The notes under the pieces: model-generated
The model's input: only the letters and a program-made list of their open reading frames with translations
Databases searched by the model: none
Told to the model about the DNA's origin: nothing
Made by a program: the position numbers and the translations under genes
From: Eledone cirrhosa
Lineage: Eukaryota
Reading direction: 5' to 3'
NCBI GenBank assembly: GCA_964016885.1
Contig: OZ024743.1
Coordinates: forward strand, 256,308,001 to 256,372,000
Length of the DNA stretch: 64,000 nt
Part shown: piece by piece, positions 42,499 through 57,270 of the stretch
Position numbering within the stretch: the stretch's first letter is position 1
Layout: every line of letters starts with the position of its first letter

Positions 42499-43894
42499 TA
42501 CAGCACATAATGAATACAATATTATGATTTGGGTTCAATTCCGTAGAATGTATGTGATCATCAATTTAAACACTGGGTAGTAATTTGTCATTCACTGACA
42601 TTTGGCAATGGCTGGATATGTATGAATATCCAGCCATAAACAAATTTCTCAGATCAAAGAATGGATCTTGAGAAGTTTCTTTGAATTTCTACCATTGCTT
42701 TGTCTCTCAAAATTCGACTGGAATGAATAGCATTTTCAAAAGAGAAGAAAGCAAAAATCACAAGAAAATGTAAGGTGCTAAAAAAAAAGCCACAATAGAA
42801 TTATCATTCTATTATTGTATAAATAAAGGTATTAATTCTTGTAGAAATTTTAATTACTGCCATTGATATAATTCTTTGATCGAGAATCAATTTTCATTGT
42901 TTTTTTTTATTTTTTTTGTTTTTTTTTTTTGTCATATATGTTTTTTTTATTTTTTTTTTACATTTTGCTGTAGCAGAAATATATTGAAAGAATGGAATAG
43001 AATTTAATGAATTACCAAAACTTGCATTAGAAAAATAAAAACTGGATGTTACAATGAAAGAAGAATTGAAGAATCATTTAAAAATCCGAAAATTATTATT
43101 TAAAAAAAGAAAATTCATAAAAATCTTCAGAGATTATGGCAAAGTATTTCACAACAAACATTTGTTTGATACAGGGAATGTTTTGTATGTCAACTGGTCT
43201 ATGGATTTTATTTCTTGAGAGAGAGGCGTAAGAAGAAAAATACTAAATATACAAACAGGCCATACTTGCTTTTAAAAAATTCTCTTTGCAAAACTAATTT
43301 TTTTAAATGCTGGAATTTGTTTTCTAAATCACAAAGAAGATTTCCTGGAAGGAAATAACTTTTTAAACAGAAGACAGTCAATAAAATGTAAAATGTATGT
43401 AGGAAAACTTTTTAACAATGAATGGAATAAATTCTATTGTTTAACCCTTTCATTAGCATATTTCTAATGAAAGACAACTGCATATAAATTTCAAATAATG
43501 ATGAAAATAATCAAGAATTAAATTCTAAATTTACACTTAACATATTTCTCAAGATGTGTTCCAGTTAGGCCTTTGAATGACAGATATAGTCTATTTATAT
43601 AGAATATGCAAAACAATCTATATAATGTAAGTAGCTGAGTATTCCACAGACATTCGTATCCTTAAAGTAATTATCAGACATAATCAACATGACAATATGT
43701 GACATAACTAAGCCCATTGAAATACAAGTACAATCTATCCAATAGGCTACCACACAGTTTCAGTCAACACAACCTTATCAACAAGCCTTTCATTGACGTG
43801 AATCTATAGCAAAAATCTCATGCCCATGATTGAATTTGGGACCTCATGATTGCAAAACAAACTTCTTAACCATTCACATTATTGCATCCACTAA

Positions 43895-44079
43895 GGGCGG
43901 TGGATTGGCAGTATCGGTAGAGAGTCGGACGCCATGCTTTCCAGCATAGTTACGTCCCTTTACAATCTGAGTTCAAATCCCGCCGAGGTTGACTTTGCCT
44001 TTCATCCTTACGGGGTCGATAAAATAAAGTACCAGTAATGTACTGGGTAATTGCTGGCCTTGTGCCAAAAGTAGAAACA
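43895..44079 (+). mobile_element. Full-length young SINE (second family) with 17-bp TSD
   Basis: gagttcaaatccc B box; core gcctttcatccttacggggtcgataaaataaagtaccag; TSD attattgcatccactaa at 43878-43894 and 44080-44096. Confidence 0.9.
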
Positions 44080-44349
44080 ATTATTGCATCCACTAAATAT
44101 TAAATATTGTCTGAGAAAATGACCATAAATTTCATTACATGTCTGCAGAGTAAGCTTGTGAAAAATGTGAAATTTCTGTAATACAAATAAAATACTATGA
44201 AGGTCCTCGAGGTATTCCTAAAATTGATTCTTTCTCCAGGATTGCCTATGTAATACTTTTATTTAATCATTATATTTCATTATATTTTTCTTTTTAAATT
44301 CAATGTATAAGGCTTTATAATTTATATATTAGTTAGTTATTTTTGACAG

Positions 44350-44670
44350 GCTATGGTAACAGACTCTTTTGCAACATCCCTCTGTCCATTATTGCCATAT
44401 CCAGTTCCTGGAAAGATTCCAGACCAATATCCTGCTTTAGGTTATTAATGTATGTGACAGGACGTCCATCCCACTTCTCTGTTTATCATTGCCATCTTCA
44501 GTTTCTGGATAGGATTTGGTAAGTATCCTGATTTAGGTAATCAATGTAGGTTCCATAACATCCATCATGTTTTTCTTTGCTGTGGATCCGACAAGACCAA
44601 CTTTGATGCTACCTCTTCTGGATGTTGTGCACAATATACTGGTAGACAGCGTAAGTATTCTTTGATCTTT
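44350..44670 (-). mobile_element. Decayed RTE-type 3' fragment related to 61291-61590
   Basis: Minus-strand CAQHPEEVASKLVLSDPQQ resembles HRHPE..VLLWEP. Confidence 0.5.
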
Positions 44671-45284
44671 TAACTTATCCTATATATAAAAGCATTCAAA
44701 AATAAGTGAAGACAAACAAAACTGTAGGCAGAACATGTTTTATATGGGGAACTTTAAGAAGAAAAAAGGTCTTTTAACAAGTACATAAAAAGTCAGGCAG
44801 TAAGGTAATATACATTTTAAATGAGGCTGCTTTATAGCACCATAAACATCTTGTATTACAAAAAGTAATAAATTTGCATTAGAAAAACACCACACACACA
44901 CACACACATATACACAGAAACACAAAAAAGAAACCAAAATGAAATTTGTAGTTTCAATGTTTGAAAGATAAGTATTAAAGAAATTCTCAATAAATTAACA
45001 AAGAGCCATATTTTCGATTTGCTATAACATTCTGAAGAACACTCCAATACTTTTCATTATCAGACTAGCAAAGCTAAATTTTTACAAATATTTTTTTTTT
45101 ATTCATTTTGTTTACTTTTGATTTTTAGTTTTGTAATGCTGATAGCAGACTATTTTGTAAAGCACAGCATAACTCTCAGAAGCAATAAAAAAAATGTTTG
45201 TTACTTATAAATGCTCGCATCCAATTCAAGCTGATATGTATGTATTACATATACAGATACACACACACACATATACATATTATA

Positions 45285-45597
45285 TCACCATCATCATCAT
45301 CATCATTTTACGTCTGCTTGCAAGGGTGGGACGGGAACTGATTCTGGCTTGATTTCTACAGCTGGATGCCCTTCCTAACACTAACCTCATTTACAGTGAG
45401 TGGTGGGTGCTTTTTTGCCGTGGTACCTTCACGACCACTTTGCAGTGGAATGATATGGAGCCCAGTTCCTACCATCTCATTTCTACAGCTGAGTAAACTG
45501 GAGCAATGTGAAATAAAGTGTCTTGCTCAAGGAAACAACACATCACCTGGTCTTTCGATTGCAAGTCCAGTGCTCTAACCATCAAGCCATGTGCCTC
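45285..45597 (-). mobile_element. Copy of the CORE-like SINE with internal deletions
   Basis: High identity to 325-773. Confidence 0.8.
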
Positions 45598-45664
45598 CAT
45601 ATATACATATATATATATACACACATATATATGTATGTATTCATATATAAATAAATATATATAT

Positions 45665-45797
<133 letters not shown>

Positions 45798-45876
45798 CAT
45801 ACATATCCACACGTATATATATATATATATATATACACAGACACCCATGTACATAGGTACAAACATATACATACAT

Positions 45877-45935
<59 letters not shown>

Positions 45936-46328
45936 TATAAAACAATAAAAGAAAATGAGCCTAAATAAATTTAAATTTAAATGTAAATAGTTAGCAAATA
46001 AATATAAAACAAAATAAAATAATAGAGTAGAATAGAATATGTATTATTCAAAAGTCTCATGAAGAATTAAAGAGATTTTCTTTCTCTCTCTCAGTACTTC
46101 TCTCACTCTTTTTCTCTCTCAGTCCTTCTTTCTCACCTCTCTTTCTAGCTATGAATTAGCCAAGCACCTGTTCAAATTAATTTGTTCTAATACATACAGA
46201 TGAATTGCTATCTGTTGTTAGTTTATTAAATAATAAAAAACAAAGATAAATAATAAATAAATACATAAACATTATGGCAAAAAAAAACAAAAAGAAATAT
46301 AAAAATAGATATATGAGAAGTAAATTAC

Positions 46329-46456
46329 CATTTTACATCTCTTCAATATCTGTAATAATTCAAAGAATTTCCAGCAACTTAACTTTTCTCAATCTGTAAA
46401 TTCAGTCATTCTCCCCCTTTAAGTAGATACATTTCTATATTGCTGTCTTTTTCATA
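46329..46456 (-). other. Candidate exon ending in ATG|GT
   Basis: Acceptor ttcccttctttcag|, donor AAAATG|gtaatt; no repeat recognised here. Confidence 0.35.
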
Positions 46457-47076
46457 CTGAAAGAAGGGAAAAACCACCTAACTCACTAAAGCATGTTCAT
46501 ACATTCAGAGGTTTTTCTTTTTCTTTTCTCTTTTTTGTCCTGTTTCAAATTTCACGGCAATTACAAAATACGTTTCTGGTCAAACTGATTAGTTATGTAT
46601 GTACGCTGTTTATTCAAAAAGCCTCATCAATAAAATCAGTTTATTGGTAAACGATAATAAAATGGATTTATTTAACTGCTTAAAATAAAAGTAAAGAAAA
46701 TATTTTTCTAATCAATATGTTTGTTTTTGTTTTGTTTTGTTGGTGGTGGAGGGATGGGGTCATTTCTCATTCAAAATTGAAATGCAATAAAATTTCCTTT
46801 ATAGTTGATACTTGAAGAAAAAATTATCAACTTTCTTTAATCCAATGTTCACAGCAAGAAGAGATGAAGAAATATATACAGAAAAGAAGAACTCAAAATG
46901 ACAAACAATAAAAGGAAACAGAAATTGATAAATTATTATTATTATTATTATTATTGGTATTATTATTATTATTATTATTGGTATTATTACAATTACTCTT
47001 ATTTAAAAAAATAAAATTAAAATAATGTTTTAAAAAGAAATCATTTTTATTATTATCGTTATTGCTGTTGTTGTGG

Positions 47077-47147
47077 ATTTCATAAAACAGCTACTGAGTG
47101 TAAATTATATAAGATGTAATTTACACTCAGTAGCTGTTTTATGAAAT
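47077..47147. repeat. Near-perfect 34-bp-arm hairpin
   Basis: atttcataaaacagctactgagtgtaaattatat-aag-atgtaatttacactcagtagctgttttatgaaat. Confidence 0.9.
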
Positions 47148-48589
47148 TTTACAAATTTCCAATTTACAGATGATTGATTTTTATAACATCTAATTATTGC
47201 ATTTAAGAAAAAAATAATAAATGACATCACATGAAGAAATTGAATAAATACATATGGTATAGTGCCATGGTTCCCAAAATTATTTTATTATAAGAAACCT
47301 TATATGATTTTCCACATTCAGTAACACCCATACATTTACTTTTTGGGATGATTACCACCAACTTAAGGTATTAAAAAAATATAAAATAAATTCCTTTACA
47401 GAGAAAATTTATTCATATGAAAAAATATATAATACATTTTTATAAAATGTTATCAAAATGCACCTAATCTTATGGAATCCCAGAAGTTGTTGTCAGAACG
47501 ATAAGGTTTCTTGGAACCTACTATAGGGAACACTGGTATTGAGTAATAAACAATATACTGGAAATCATCATCGTCAGTTTCACATCTATATTCCATGCTA
47601 GCATGAATTAAATGGGTTGTACCATTCTGAGGGTAGAGAGGCAAATCAAATGACTGTATCTTGTTCAAATGTTCCATTTTGGATTGGTTTTTATGGCCTG
47701 ATGTCCTTCTTAATGCCAACCCTTTCACACAGTGTTCTGGGTTCATTTTCTGATGGCACAAGCCCTACCAAATGACATGCAAACTAACACTGATATGAAC
47801 CTGGGCTAATTTCCTCCATCCCTAAATGTCTGCTTCATTTCTAGAACATCTTTCCTTCTTATATTAACGTATACACTATTTGTGAGAGTGTGTCCAGTCT
47901 AGAATAGGTACACCATAACCCTGAGTGCTGTGAGATACGAGTAAAATGGTCAGTGCTGAGGTCATCCAGCTGTAAAATACTGCCTCAAAATGATGAGTGT
48001 AAAACCTGCCAGGGCACTTGCAAGATAATATTCCCTGCTTTAACATGGAAAATGGCCTTTGCTCTTGTTATTGTTGTTATGTCTGCTTTTACATTTGTAC
48101 ATGCATGGCTATGTATGCGTGTGAGTCTGGATTTATATTTGTATATGCATGGTTATGTGTATGCGTGTATGTCTATTTATATTTGTACATGCATGGCTAA
48201 GTATATGTATGTGTATGTGGGTGTGTGTCTGTATTTATATTTGCATATGAATGGTTATGTGTATTTGTGTGTGTGTTTATTTATTTTTGTATGTGCATGG
48301 TTATATATGTGTGTCTCTATTTATATTAGTAGAAGCCTGGTTATATATATATGTGTGTGTGTCCGTATTTATATTTGTAGTTGTTTAGCCTTCAGTTTAA
48401 TACTGAATAATAAGTGGAGGGATGACCAAAGACAACTCCTTTCATAACCATTCCATCTAAATTCCACCAGGCACCCTAACTAACACTACATATATCCAAC
48501 ATAACCTTTCACATATTTTAAAATCAAGAACTATCTAGATCAAAGAAGATTTACAGCAATTTATCTCACATGGAGGAAATCAACTAGAG

Positions 48590-50130
48590 AGAAGCAGGTC
48601 TCCCTTATGTTAAAACTATCAACAAAGAGAGAGAGCAAGAGAGAGAGAAACAAAGAGAAAGAGACAGGTCTCCTGCATATTAAAACCATTCTAGAGAGAG
48701 AAGTAGAGTTCCCTCATGTTAAAAGCCTCTAGAGGGAGAGAGTATGCAGGTCTCCTTCATGGTAAAAATATCTAAAGAGAGAGAGAGAAAGAGAGGTAAA
48801 GGGAGAGACAGGTCTCCCTCATGTTAAAAGCTTCTAGAGGGAGAGAGAATGCAGGTCGTTGTCATGTTAAAAATATCTTGAGGGAGAGAGAGAGATACTT
48901 CCCTCATGTTAAAACTATCAACAGAGCGAGAGAGAAGTGGGCCACCATCATGTTAAAACTCTCTCACTCTAGAGAGAGAGAAAGAGAAATATTCATGTTA
49001 AAACTATCTAGAGACAGAGAGAGAGGCAAATCTCCCTCATTAAAAATCCATCTAATGAGAGAGGTAGGCTTGTAGCAAAATGTCAACATATTTTCCCCAC
49101 AATGGTTTTTCTTAGTCTGCTAAACACAGCCAACTTAATACTGACCTACGACAACAGAACCCCATAACTTAGAGAATATTCTCTTGTAGAAGGACTAATG
49201 GCACCAATTGTATGCAGGGAGAAGAATAGATAAATTTCCCTTTGGAAAATCAGTCTGCTTTTCGACTCTGCAGAAGACAGTCTGCTTGCCAATTCTGTGA
49301 GAGACAGTTTAGTCATTCCGCTTTGCAATGAAGCGACATACACAGTCACTCAGTTTTGCTAGCCAGCCTTGCTGGGGTCTACACTAGCTGGCAAAATGTT
49401 GCAGCATAGGTGAAGTTAAATAGAACTTCACTAATACACAGTGCCACATATAAATAATTACTAGCTTTGCACACATGACACACTACAACTATGCATCTAT
49501 TTTTTTTCAGTTGTTCATTGCTGCACATGGTTTCGAAATCATGTTACAAATAAAAATATTAATATATGCAGTTTCTTATTCATATGTTAATTCTTATCGA
49601 TGTGATATGGTAAAATCCTCTTCCCTATGGTAATGTCTCTTCATACCACAACAAGCTAGTACAACTTCTTGTTTCTTTGAAAATGGCAAAACTTCTCTCA
49701 ACTTACTGAGACCAACTTCACTCACTTACCTTATTCAACCAACAAGTTACCCACTCATCAACTTCACTCTTCATCATTACTAATACTACCACTACTACAA
49801 CTGAATGAATCAACCAGACAACAAGAAACAAACCAAAAGCCCATATCAACTGCCGTTAAAGGCTTCTCTCATGTTAAAACCATCCGGAGAGAGAAATTGA
49901 AATGTAGGCCTCCAACGTGAAAACAATCTAAAGAGATGTAGGTCCGCATCAGGTTAAAACTATCTATCTAGAGAGAGAGAGGGGGGTGGAGGTTAGCTCT
50001 CTGTCATCAAGCAAACCATCTAGAGAGGTAGGTGTCGCTCATATAAAAACTACGTAGATGGAGAAGTAAATCTCCCTCATATAAAAGCCACCTATAGAGA
50101 GAGGTAGGTCTCCCTAAGTTATCTCTCATA
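48590..50130. repeat. Degenerate ~35-45-bp tandem repeat (ggtctccctcatgttaaaactatctagagagaga) in two blocks, 48590-49070 and 49860-50130
   Basis: Recurring catgttaaaa..tctagaga units separated by ~790 bp of unrelated sequence. Confidence 0.8.
49730..49800 (-). other. Candidate non-coding exon
   Basis: T-rich acceptor ..gattcattcag| and consensus donor AAG|gtaagt. Confidence 0.3.
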
Positions 50131-50432
50131 ACATATATATATTGAAATCACTGGTCGAGTAATTTGTCAGAAGAAAGCAGTAATATTCACAAAGGTACAA
50201 GTATTTATTGATCAACATAACAATGTTACATATATACAAATATACAAATGACAGTTATAATCTTCCATGTACTTTGAACAATCCATAATACTGGTGATTG
50301 TAAAAGTTTACAACACAAACAAAAATGCCACTTATATATATATGAGAGATAGTGTGTGTGTGTATTATGTTTATACATATATATGTGTGTGTATTATGTT
50401 TATACATATATATGTGTGTGTATATATATATA

Positions 50433-50514
<82 letters not shown>

Positions 50515-50517
50515 CAC

Positions 50518-50550
<33 letters not shown>

Positions 50551-50568
50551 TAAATGTATAATTATAAT

Positions 50569-50603
<35 letters not shown>

Positions 50604-50639
50604 CATATATATACACACACATATATGTATAATTATAAT

Positions 50640-50704
<65 letters not shown>

Positions 50705-51304
50705 ACTCGGAAGACGATTACACACTTCACCTATTTCAACATATTGAAGTTTCCTTCATTGCAAGATTTAAATACCGCCATCTATAAATACCTGGCAAAG
50801 TTAACCCATGGATTTCTCTGCCAGCTTTTATGGACATGAATTTATTTATTACGATATCTCTCTCACCACCTGTATCTCTCTCTTCATCTTTCTCCCTCTC
50901 TATGTCTCTCACCACTTATCTTCTTCTCTATAGCTCTTACAGCTTCTGTCTCTTTTACCACCTCTATCTCCCTCTCTATTTCTTACCATCTCTCTCTCTC
51001 TCTCTACTTCCCTACATATCCCTTTCTATGTCACTCCCTCTTTCCCTCTCTATCTCTGTTTCTCCCTCCCTATATGTCCATTACTATCTCTCATTCTCTC
51101 TCTTTTTCTTTACATCTAGGTTTCTTCCTATTCCTCTCTATCTTTCTCACATCCTCTCTATCTTTCTCTCTACATGTTATTCTATCTCATGTTCACCCTC
51201 CCCCTTTTTTCTCTCTACTAGTTCATCCATCTATCCCTCACCCTTTTCGTTGTTACCTCTCTCACTTTTTACTCTCCCTTACTCCCATTCTCCTTCATGA
51301 TGAA

Positions 51305-51458
51305 CAAGGCAGTTATTAACATCATTATCATCATCACCACAACTTTATTAATGAGGAAGCCATCATCATCTTCATATTAACAAAGGAGCCATCATCAATA
51401 TCATCATCCTCATTTTAACAAGGAAGCCATCATCAACGTCATTATCATAGCAAGGAAG

Positions 51459-51504
<46 letters not shown>

Positions 51505-51720
51505 AACAAGGAAGCCACCAACTTCATCATCATATTAGCAAGGAAGCCATCATCAATATCATCCTCATCATATTAGCAAGGAAGCCATCATAATCATCAT
51601 CGTCATATTAGCAAGGAAGCCATCATGATCATCATCATCATATTAGCAAGGAAGCCATCAAAATCATCATCATCAACTTTTTAGCAAGGAAGCACTCATC
51701 ATCATCATATTAACAAGCAA
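51305..51720. repeat. ~33-bp minisatellite aaggaagcc(atc)n atattagc
   Basis: About 11 recurring units. Confidence 0.85.
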
Positions 51721-52079
51721 ACATTCCTTATTATAGTAGGAGGTGGTTGTGGAATCTATAGAGCAGCAAACAAAACTATGGTATTTGTGCCACTTCTTCA
51801 TGTTGTGAGTTCAAATCCACTAGGTTCAACTTTACCTTCCATCCTTGTGCAATTGATACAACAAAGGGCCAGTCAAGCACTGGAGTAAATTTAACACACA
51901 TATGGGGGAGTGTTTAGGTAGTTTTATTTGTAGCCATGAGGTCCCAGGTTTAGTCTCACTGCATGGCATCTTAGGCAAATATCTTTTACAATAGCCTTGC
52001 ATCAAACAAAGCCTGGTCAGGGAAACTGAGTCGATATGGAAACAATCTAGAAGCCTGTAATTGAAGGATTGTACAAGTA

Positions 52080-52600
52080 ATTGGAGGGTGTAGCCATGTC
52101 ATGGACCGAGTGCATGATTTTGAATGGTTCTCAAACCTGGCTGTTCACTCTAACCATTGAACAGATGTTGCTCCTCATTGCAACAATCCATCCTCTGAAT
52201 ACAGGCCCAAAGCCTGTTGCCTTGAGAACTGCCACAAGGTAATGATGGTTGACCCTATAAAAAGCTTTTGATTGTTCTAAGTTCATCAGGGTCCCTCCCA
52301 TTCCAGGTTCCTTAGCCCACATGTCCATGATATATAACAAAAGGTGGCGGCTGCGATGCTACTGAGTATTATGTACCCCTCGTGGTTTGCCAAAGACCAA
52401 ATTGTGGATTTGTTGTCATGCTACACCTCCACCCATCAAATGGATTTCATCCTCTCATGTCTAAGAAAATGTGCCTTAGCTCTGACAATGCAGCCTTCAT
52501 GCTTCACATTGAAGAATTAATTGAGCACTATGACTGAGATGCCTTTCCTAATAATCTCTTCTCGCTTTCTAACTAGTTCTCCTTTAGTCTAGCTTTCTCT
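52080..52600 (-). mobile_element. Tx1/L1-clade RT remnant
   Basis: LMNLEQSKAFYRVNHHYL..GFGPVFRGWI..VRVN resembles the L1/Tx1 DQxKAFDRV..GFG..WI pattern. Confidence 0.7.
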
Positions 52601-52635
52601 GCCATTACTCCTTTACTTAATCTTATATATATATA

Positions 52636-52834
52636 TAGTAATAATAATAAATTTGAAGACTAAAATCGAAAGAGGACTCGATAAGGATAAATATATATCA
52701 AATATATAAGAACCTTAGAGCAAATATTTATTAAAATAACAGATTAAAGTTTAAGCAAAGAATCGGTACTTTCCCCCTTAACGGGATCTTCAGAAGATTC
52801 CGTTAAGTGTGAAAGCAGCGATTCTTTGCTTAAA
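52636..52834 (-). mobile_element. Solo 3' end of the same PLE family as 29346-31978, with fold-back at the hammerhead core
   Basis: Reverse complement of ~31822-31978 with the same ..TTACTA|(TA)n terminus, then an inverted copy 52791-52834; apex TCTTCAGAAGA. Confidence 0.85.
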
Positions 52835-53430
52835 TGACAGCTGTATAAAAAAGTGCAGGGCAATCAAAATTGATGGTAGTTATGGAGTAGGTAGACCCAG
52901 AAAAACCTGGGACGATCTGAGGAATTGTGACCTTACACACTTGCACCTCTCTAAGACAATGTCACTGGAATGAGATCTTTGGCGCTATGCAGTAATACAG
53001 AAGACCCGCCTTGCCTATGTACAAAGCGAAACCTAGAGTCAGTAGGCACCTCTTAACCAAATATACACCCCAATCCACTACCCCTTCCCTATCCTCCCAC
53101 TCCCACCAACACCACCCTCTCTCTGTAAAGTTGGTACCATAACATCAAGTCCAATAAATGAGATCATGAGATCAAGGTCGTGTAGGTGTCACGACAAAAA
53201 AACACTCAGTCCACGTTGTAATGTGGCCATGTAGGTAACACGGTAAAAAGTTCCCAGTTTCACACTGTAAATGTGGTTGGTGCTAGGAAGGGCATCCAGC
53301 CGTAGAAAACCTGCCAGATAGTCCTATATGAGCGAGACTCGGTCACCCGACCAGCCTTGCTTCAAGTGGGACAACTCCCGTCTAACCCATGCTAGCGTGG
53401 AAGATGGACGTTAAACGAAGATGATGATGA

Positions 53431-53435
<5 letters not shown>
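52835..53435 (+). mobile_element. RTE LINE 3' fragment
   Basis: IKKCRAIKIDGSYGVGRPRKTWD..WRYAVIQKTR, then aggaagggcatccagc..aacccatgctagcgtggaag..(GAT)n. Confidence 0.8.
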
Positions 53436-53469
<34 letters not shown>

Positions 53470-54404
53470 TATATGAATTATTGAAGCACTGGGAGTTTCT
53501 CAACTATTATCTATAGTAGCTATTATTATATATGTGTGTGTGTGTGTATGACATTATGAAAACCTCACAGTCAAGCTTAAACTACTTCAAGTCCAGAATT
53601 TTGTGGGAGGGGGTTAGTTGACTCTACTGCCCCCAATACTCTACTGGTACTTACTCTTATTGATCCTCAGAAGACTGAAAGGTAAAGTTGACCACATTTG
53701 GATATGAAATCAGAACATAAAGAACTGCAACAGATACTTTGAAACTCTAACAATTCTGCCATTCCACCACACTTACCATAAGGAATATTATATAACATTA
53801 TTATACAAGTGTGTATGTTTGTGTGGCGCCTGTGTGTTGTGATGTTCATGAGTGTATGATGAGTGTTGGGAGATGTCTGTCTGTGAATGCGTGTCTGTGT
53901 GTCAGAATGTGTGTTTGTGTCTGTATGTCCATAATATATATGTTTGATTGTATATGTGTTTTTTCTAATTATTCCATTATATTTCCATCATAGCTTTTGT
54001 TCTTCTTCCTACATTTTGTTAAAAATTTTTTTTTAATGTCTTTTGAATTATTTGCAGCCTCCAACCATAGCAATAATCACATTTTACACATACTCACACA
54101 TACACACATAATAAAAATAAATATAAATTGTAGTTCCCCCACCTGCAACATAATTTCCCTTTTATGGCCAAATTCTCTCATATGCAACGCAAATGGAATG
54201 TATTTCCATTTTGTTCTTTTTGTAATTTTGCAACAATAGTCCTTAATAAATAACATGCTTTGGAAAAAGTGATAGAAATTTTAAAATTAGTAGTAGTTGT
54301 AGTAGTAATGATTTTTTTTTATTGACCACAAGGGCTTGCTGTATTGGGGACAATACATAATAATAATAATAAGTGGTGATTGAGGAGGAGGGGAGGGGGA
54401 GGAG

Positions 54405-54405
54405 G

Positions 54406-54477
<72 letters not shown>

Positions 54478-54478
54478 T

Positions 54479-54509
<31 letters not shown>

Positions 54510-54570
54510 AAGAAGAAGAAGAAGAAGAAGAAGAAGGAGGAGGAAGAGGAGGAGGAGAGGGAGGAGGAGA
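54405..54570. repeat. Compound (AAT)n(AAG)n(AGG)n microsatellite (one example of dozens of simple repeats)
   Basis: Direct inspection. Confidence 0.95.
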
Positions 54571-55961
54571 ATGATCAGGAAGAACCAAACAAACCTCCAC
54601 TCCAACCCTTTCTCACCTCAGAAATTCTGAAAGCTATGACGGTGATTATATCTTTGTTATATATCTTCTACAATGTTATCCAATATTTCCTCATATTGTT
54701 GCCATAACATAGAAAATATTGATTCTAATAATAAAGTAAATGCTGCATACATGTAAATAGAAAAATTTGCTTTTAAAAATAATTTTTTTCCTCATTTAAA
54801 ATGAAATATAAAACAGAAATGAATTTTTTTTAAAATGTAAACAGAAACAAATACAATATTAACAACCTCCTACTGAAATATTTGAAATAAAATAATATAT
54901 CCAAAGTTTTGAAATGAGAATCTTATGAATTGCATAATTACTGCTCATTATCTGGCCAACTAAGGGCAATAGATTCGCAAAAGCAGTATAGCATCAGAAA
55001 TAAAAAAGCTTTATGGCATTTAGTTATGACTGTCTCTGTCCTAAGTTCAAATTCCGCTGAGGCCCGCCCTCTTTGTCTATCTTCCATTCAAGGTCAATAA
55101 CACAAATTACCACTAACATACTGGAATCAATATATCTGACTTACCCTACTGCTCAATTAGCTGGCCCTATGCTTAAATTAGAATTTGTTATTTGGTCAAC
55201 CAATGTTTAAAGCCATAGCAGGTTTGACCAATTGAAATTCTAACTCTTGAAATAACCTTCCTATAAGATGTAAAGCATCGATTGACTTTCGTCAAATCGG
55301 ACCAAGGAAACAATGTTTCCATTGGTCTTTCCTATTGCTAATACTATCTATTGGTCGCAACTCCAGGTAGAAGGAGCAACATGAAATAAAGTGTCTTGCT
55401 CAAGGATATAATGTATCGCCCAGTCCAGGAATCAAACTCACAACCTCAAGATTGTGAATCCAATTCTCTAACCACTCAACCACATGCCTTCACCCTGTAA
55501 GATATGTGTACATTTAATGTAATTATCGGGCAGAATTAGTGTGACACAATTAGTGTGACACAATATGTGGTAGGGCTAGATCTTTGACTTATAGGTACAA
55601 TGCATTTTGTATTATAGTGTAAATGGCTAAGTATTCGACAGATATATGCACCCTTAACATAATTCTCAGGTAAAAGCAATGCAACACAATATGTGACATG
55701 GCTGGATCTTCAAAAATACAAGCCCAATGCATTTGTTGGGTGACTTTCACACAGTTCCTCTGTACTTATTTTCACCTAGAAGGGTTGGATCCACCCGTAG
55801 GTATGAGAAAATATGTTTACCTAAGAATTCCTACAGTTGGATTGAAGTAAAATCAATGTGATATAGTATGATAATGTTGCACCTTTCAATTGAATTACGG
55901 GTGATGCCATTCTTATGGACTTCTGCACAGTTTCTGTCTACACAATATTATTTTCTAGGTT

Positions 55962-56113
55962 GGACGCCATGCTTTCTAGCATAGTTACGTCCCTTTATAG
56001 TCTGAGTTCAAATCCCGCCGAGGTTAACTTTGCCTTTCATCCTTACGGGGTCGATAAAATAAATAACAGTAATGTACTGGGTAATTGCTGGCCCTGTGCC
56101 TAAAGTAGAAACA
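55962..56113 (+). mobile_element. 5'-truncated SINE, same family, 15-bp TSD
   Basis: TSD attattttctaggtt on both sides. Confidence 0.85.
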
Positions 56114-56842
56114 ATTATTTTCTAGGTTTTGATCAAGCCAAGGCTAAGTTAAAAGATACCTATTCAAGATGCTATCCAGTAGGTTCAAACTCACAACCTC
56201 ATGATTGCATCTTAATCACTTGGTCATACATTTATATTGGAAACTAATATATTTGCACTAAAATTATATAATCACACATATTCACATTTCAAAATTATCT
56301 GCTGCATTTGAAGTGAGTCTATGCTAAATAAGATATTTGCTCAAAAGGTCACATAGTGGAATTGAAATGGGGACCTAGAAATTGTGAGGCGAAAATTCTT
56401 AACCACTCGGCCATGCGTATATATTTTATATGCGTGTATATACTGATCATTCTAATATTTTTGCACTAAAAGACCATAATCACAGACCCACGCTATACAC
56501 ACTCACAGACACACTTTGGTAAAAATATATATGAGAGTGTGTGTGGGTATTGTACCTGTTGGCAAGAATATTTGTATGCACTCACATTTGGCATTCTTTG
56601 AAAAATATACAAAACTGTTTCCGCAGTTTTTCGCACTCCCATGTAGAGAAAAGTCCTGAGGCCTTTGTCATTCTGTAGAAGAATAGAGTGAGGGTGGGGA
56701 GGGAAGAGAAAGAGAGAAAGGAGTGTTTGAGAGAGAAAAGGTTCGTTTATGTTAAGAGTTTTAAGCATTTCTTGGAAATATGCATACAAACACATCTATA
56801 TTCATGTAGTATACATTTCACCTACACACAAACTAACATACA

Positions 56843-56924
<82 letters not shown>

Positions 56925-57101
56925 AACACACATGCTCCCTCGCCTCTCTTTCTCAATCTCTTTTATATTTTTGTAAACTGTGAGTCTTCCTAGATTTTTA
57001 AACATATATACGCATAGGTTTATATATATAGGTATATATACATATATTTATATATATGTAAATATATACATGTATGCATGTTTGTGTATATATGCATATA
57101 T

Positions 57102-57188
<87 letters not shown>

Positions 57189-57197
57189 TATACACAC

Positions 57198-57270
<73 letters not shown>

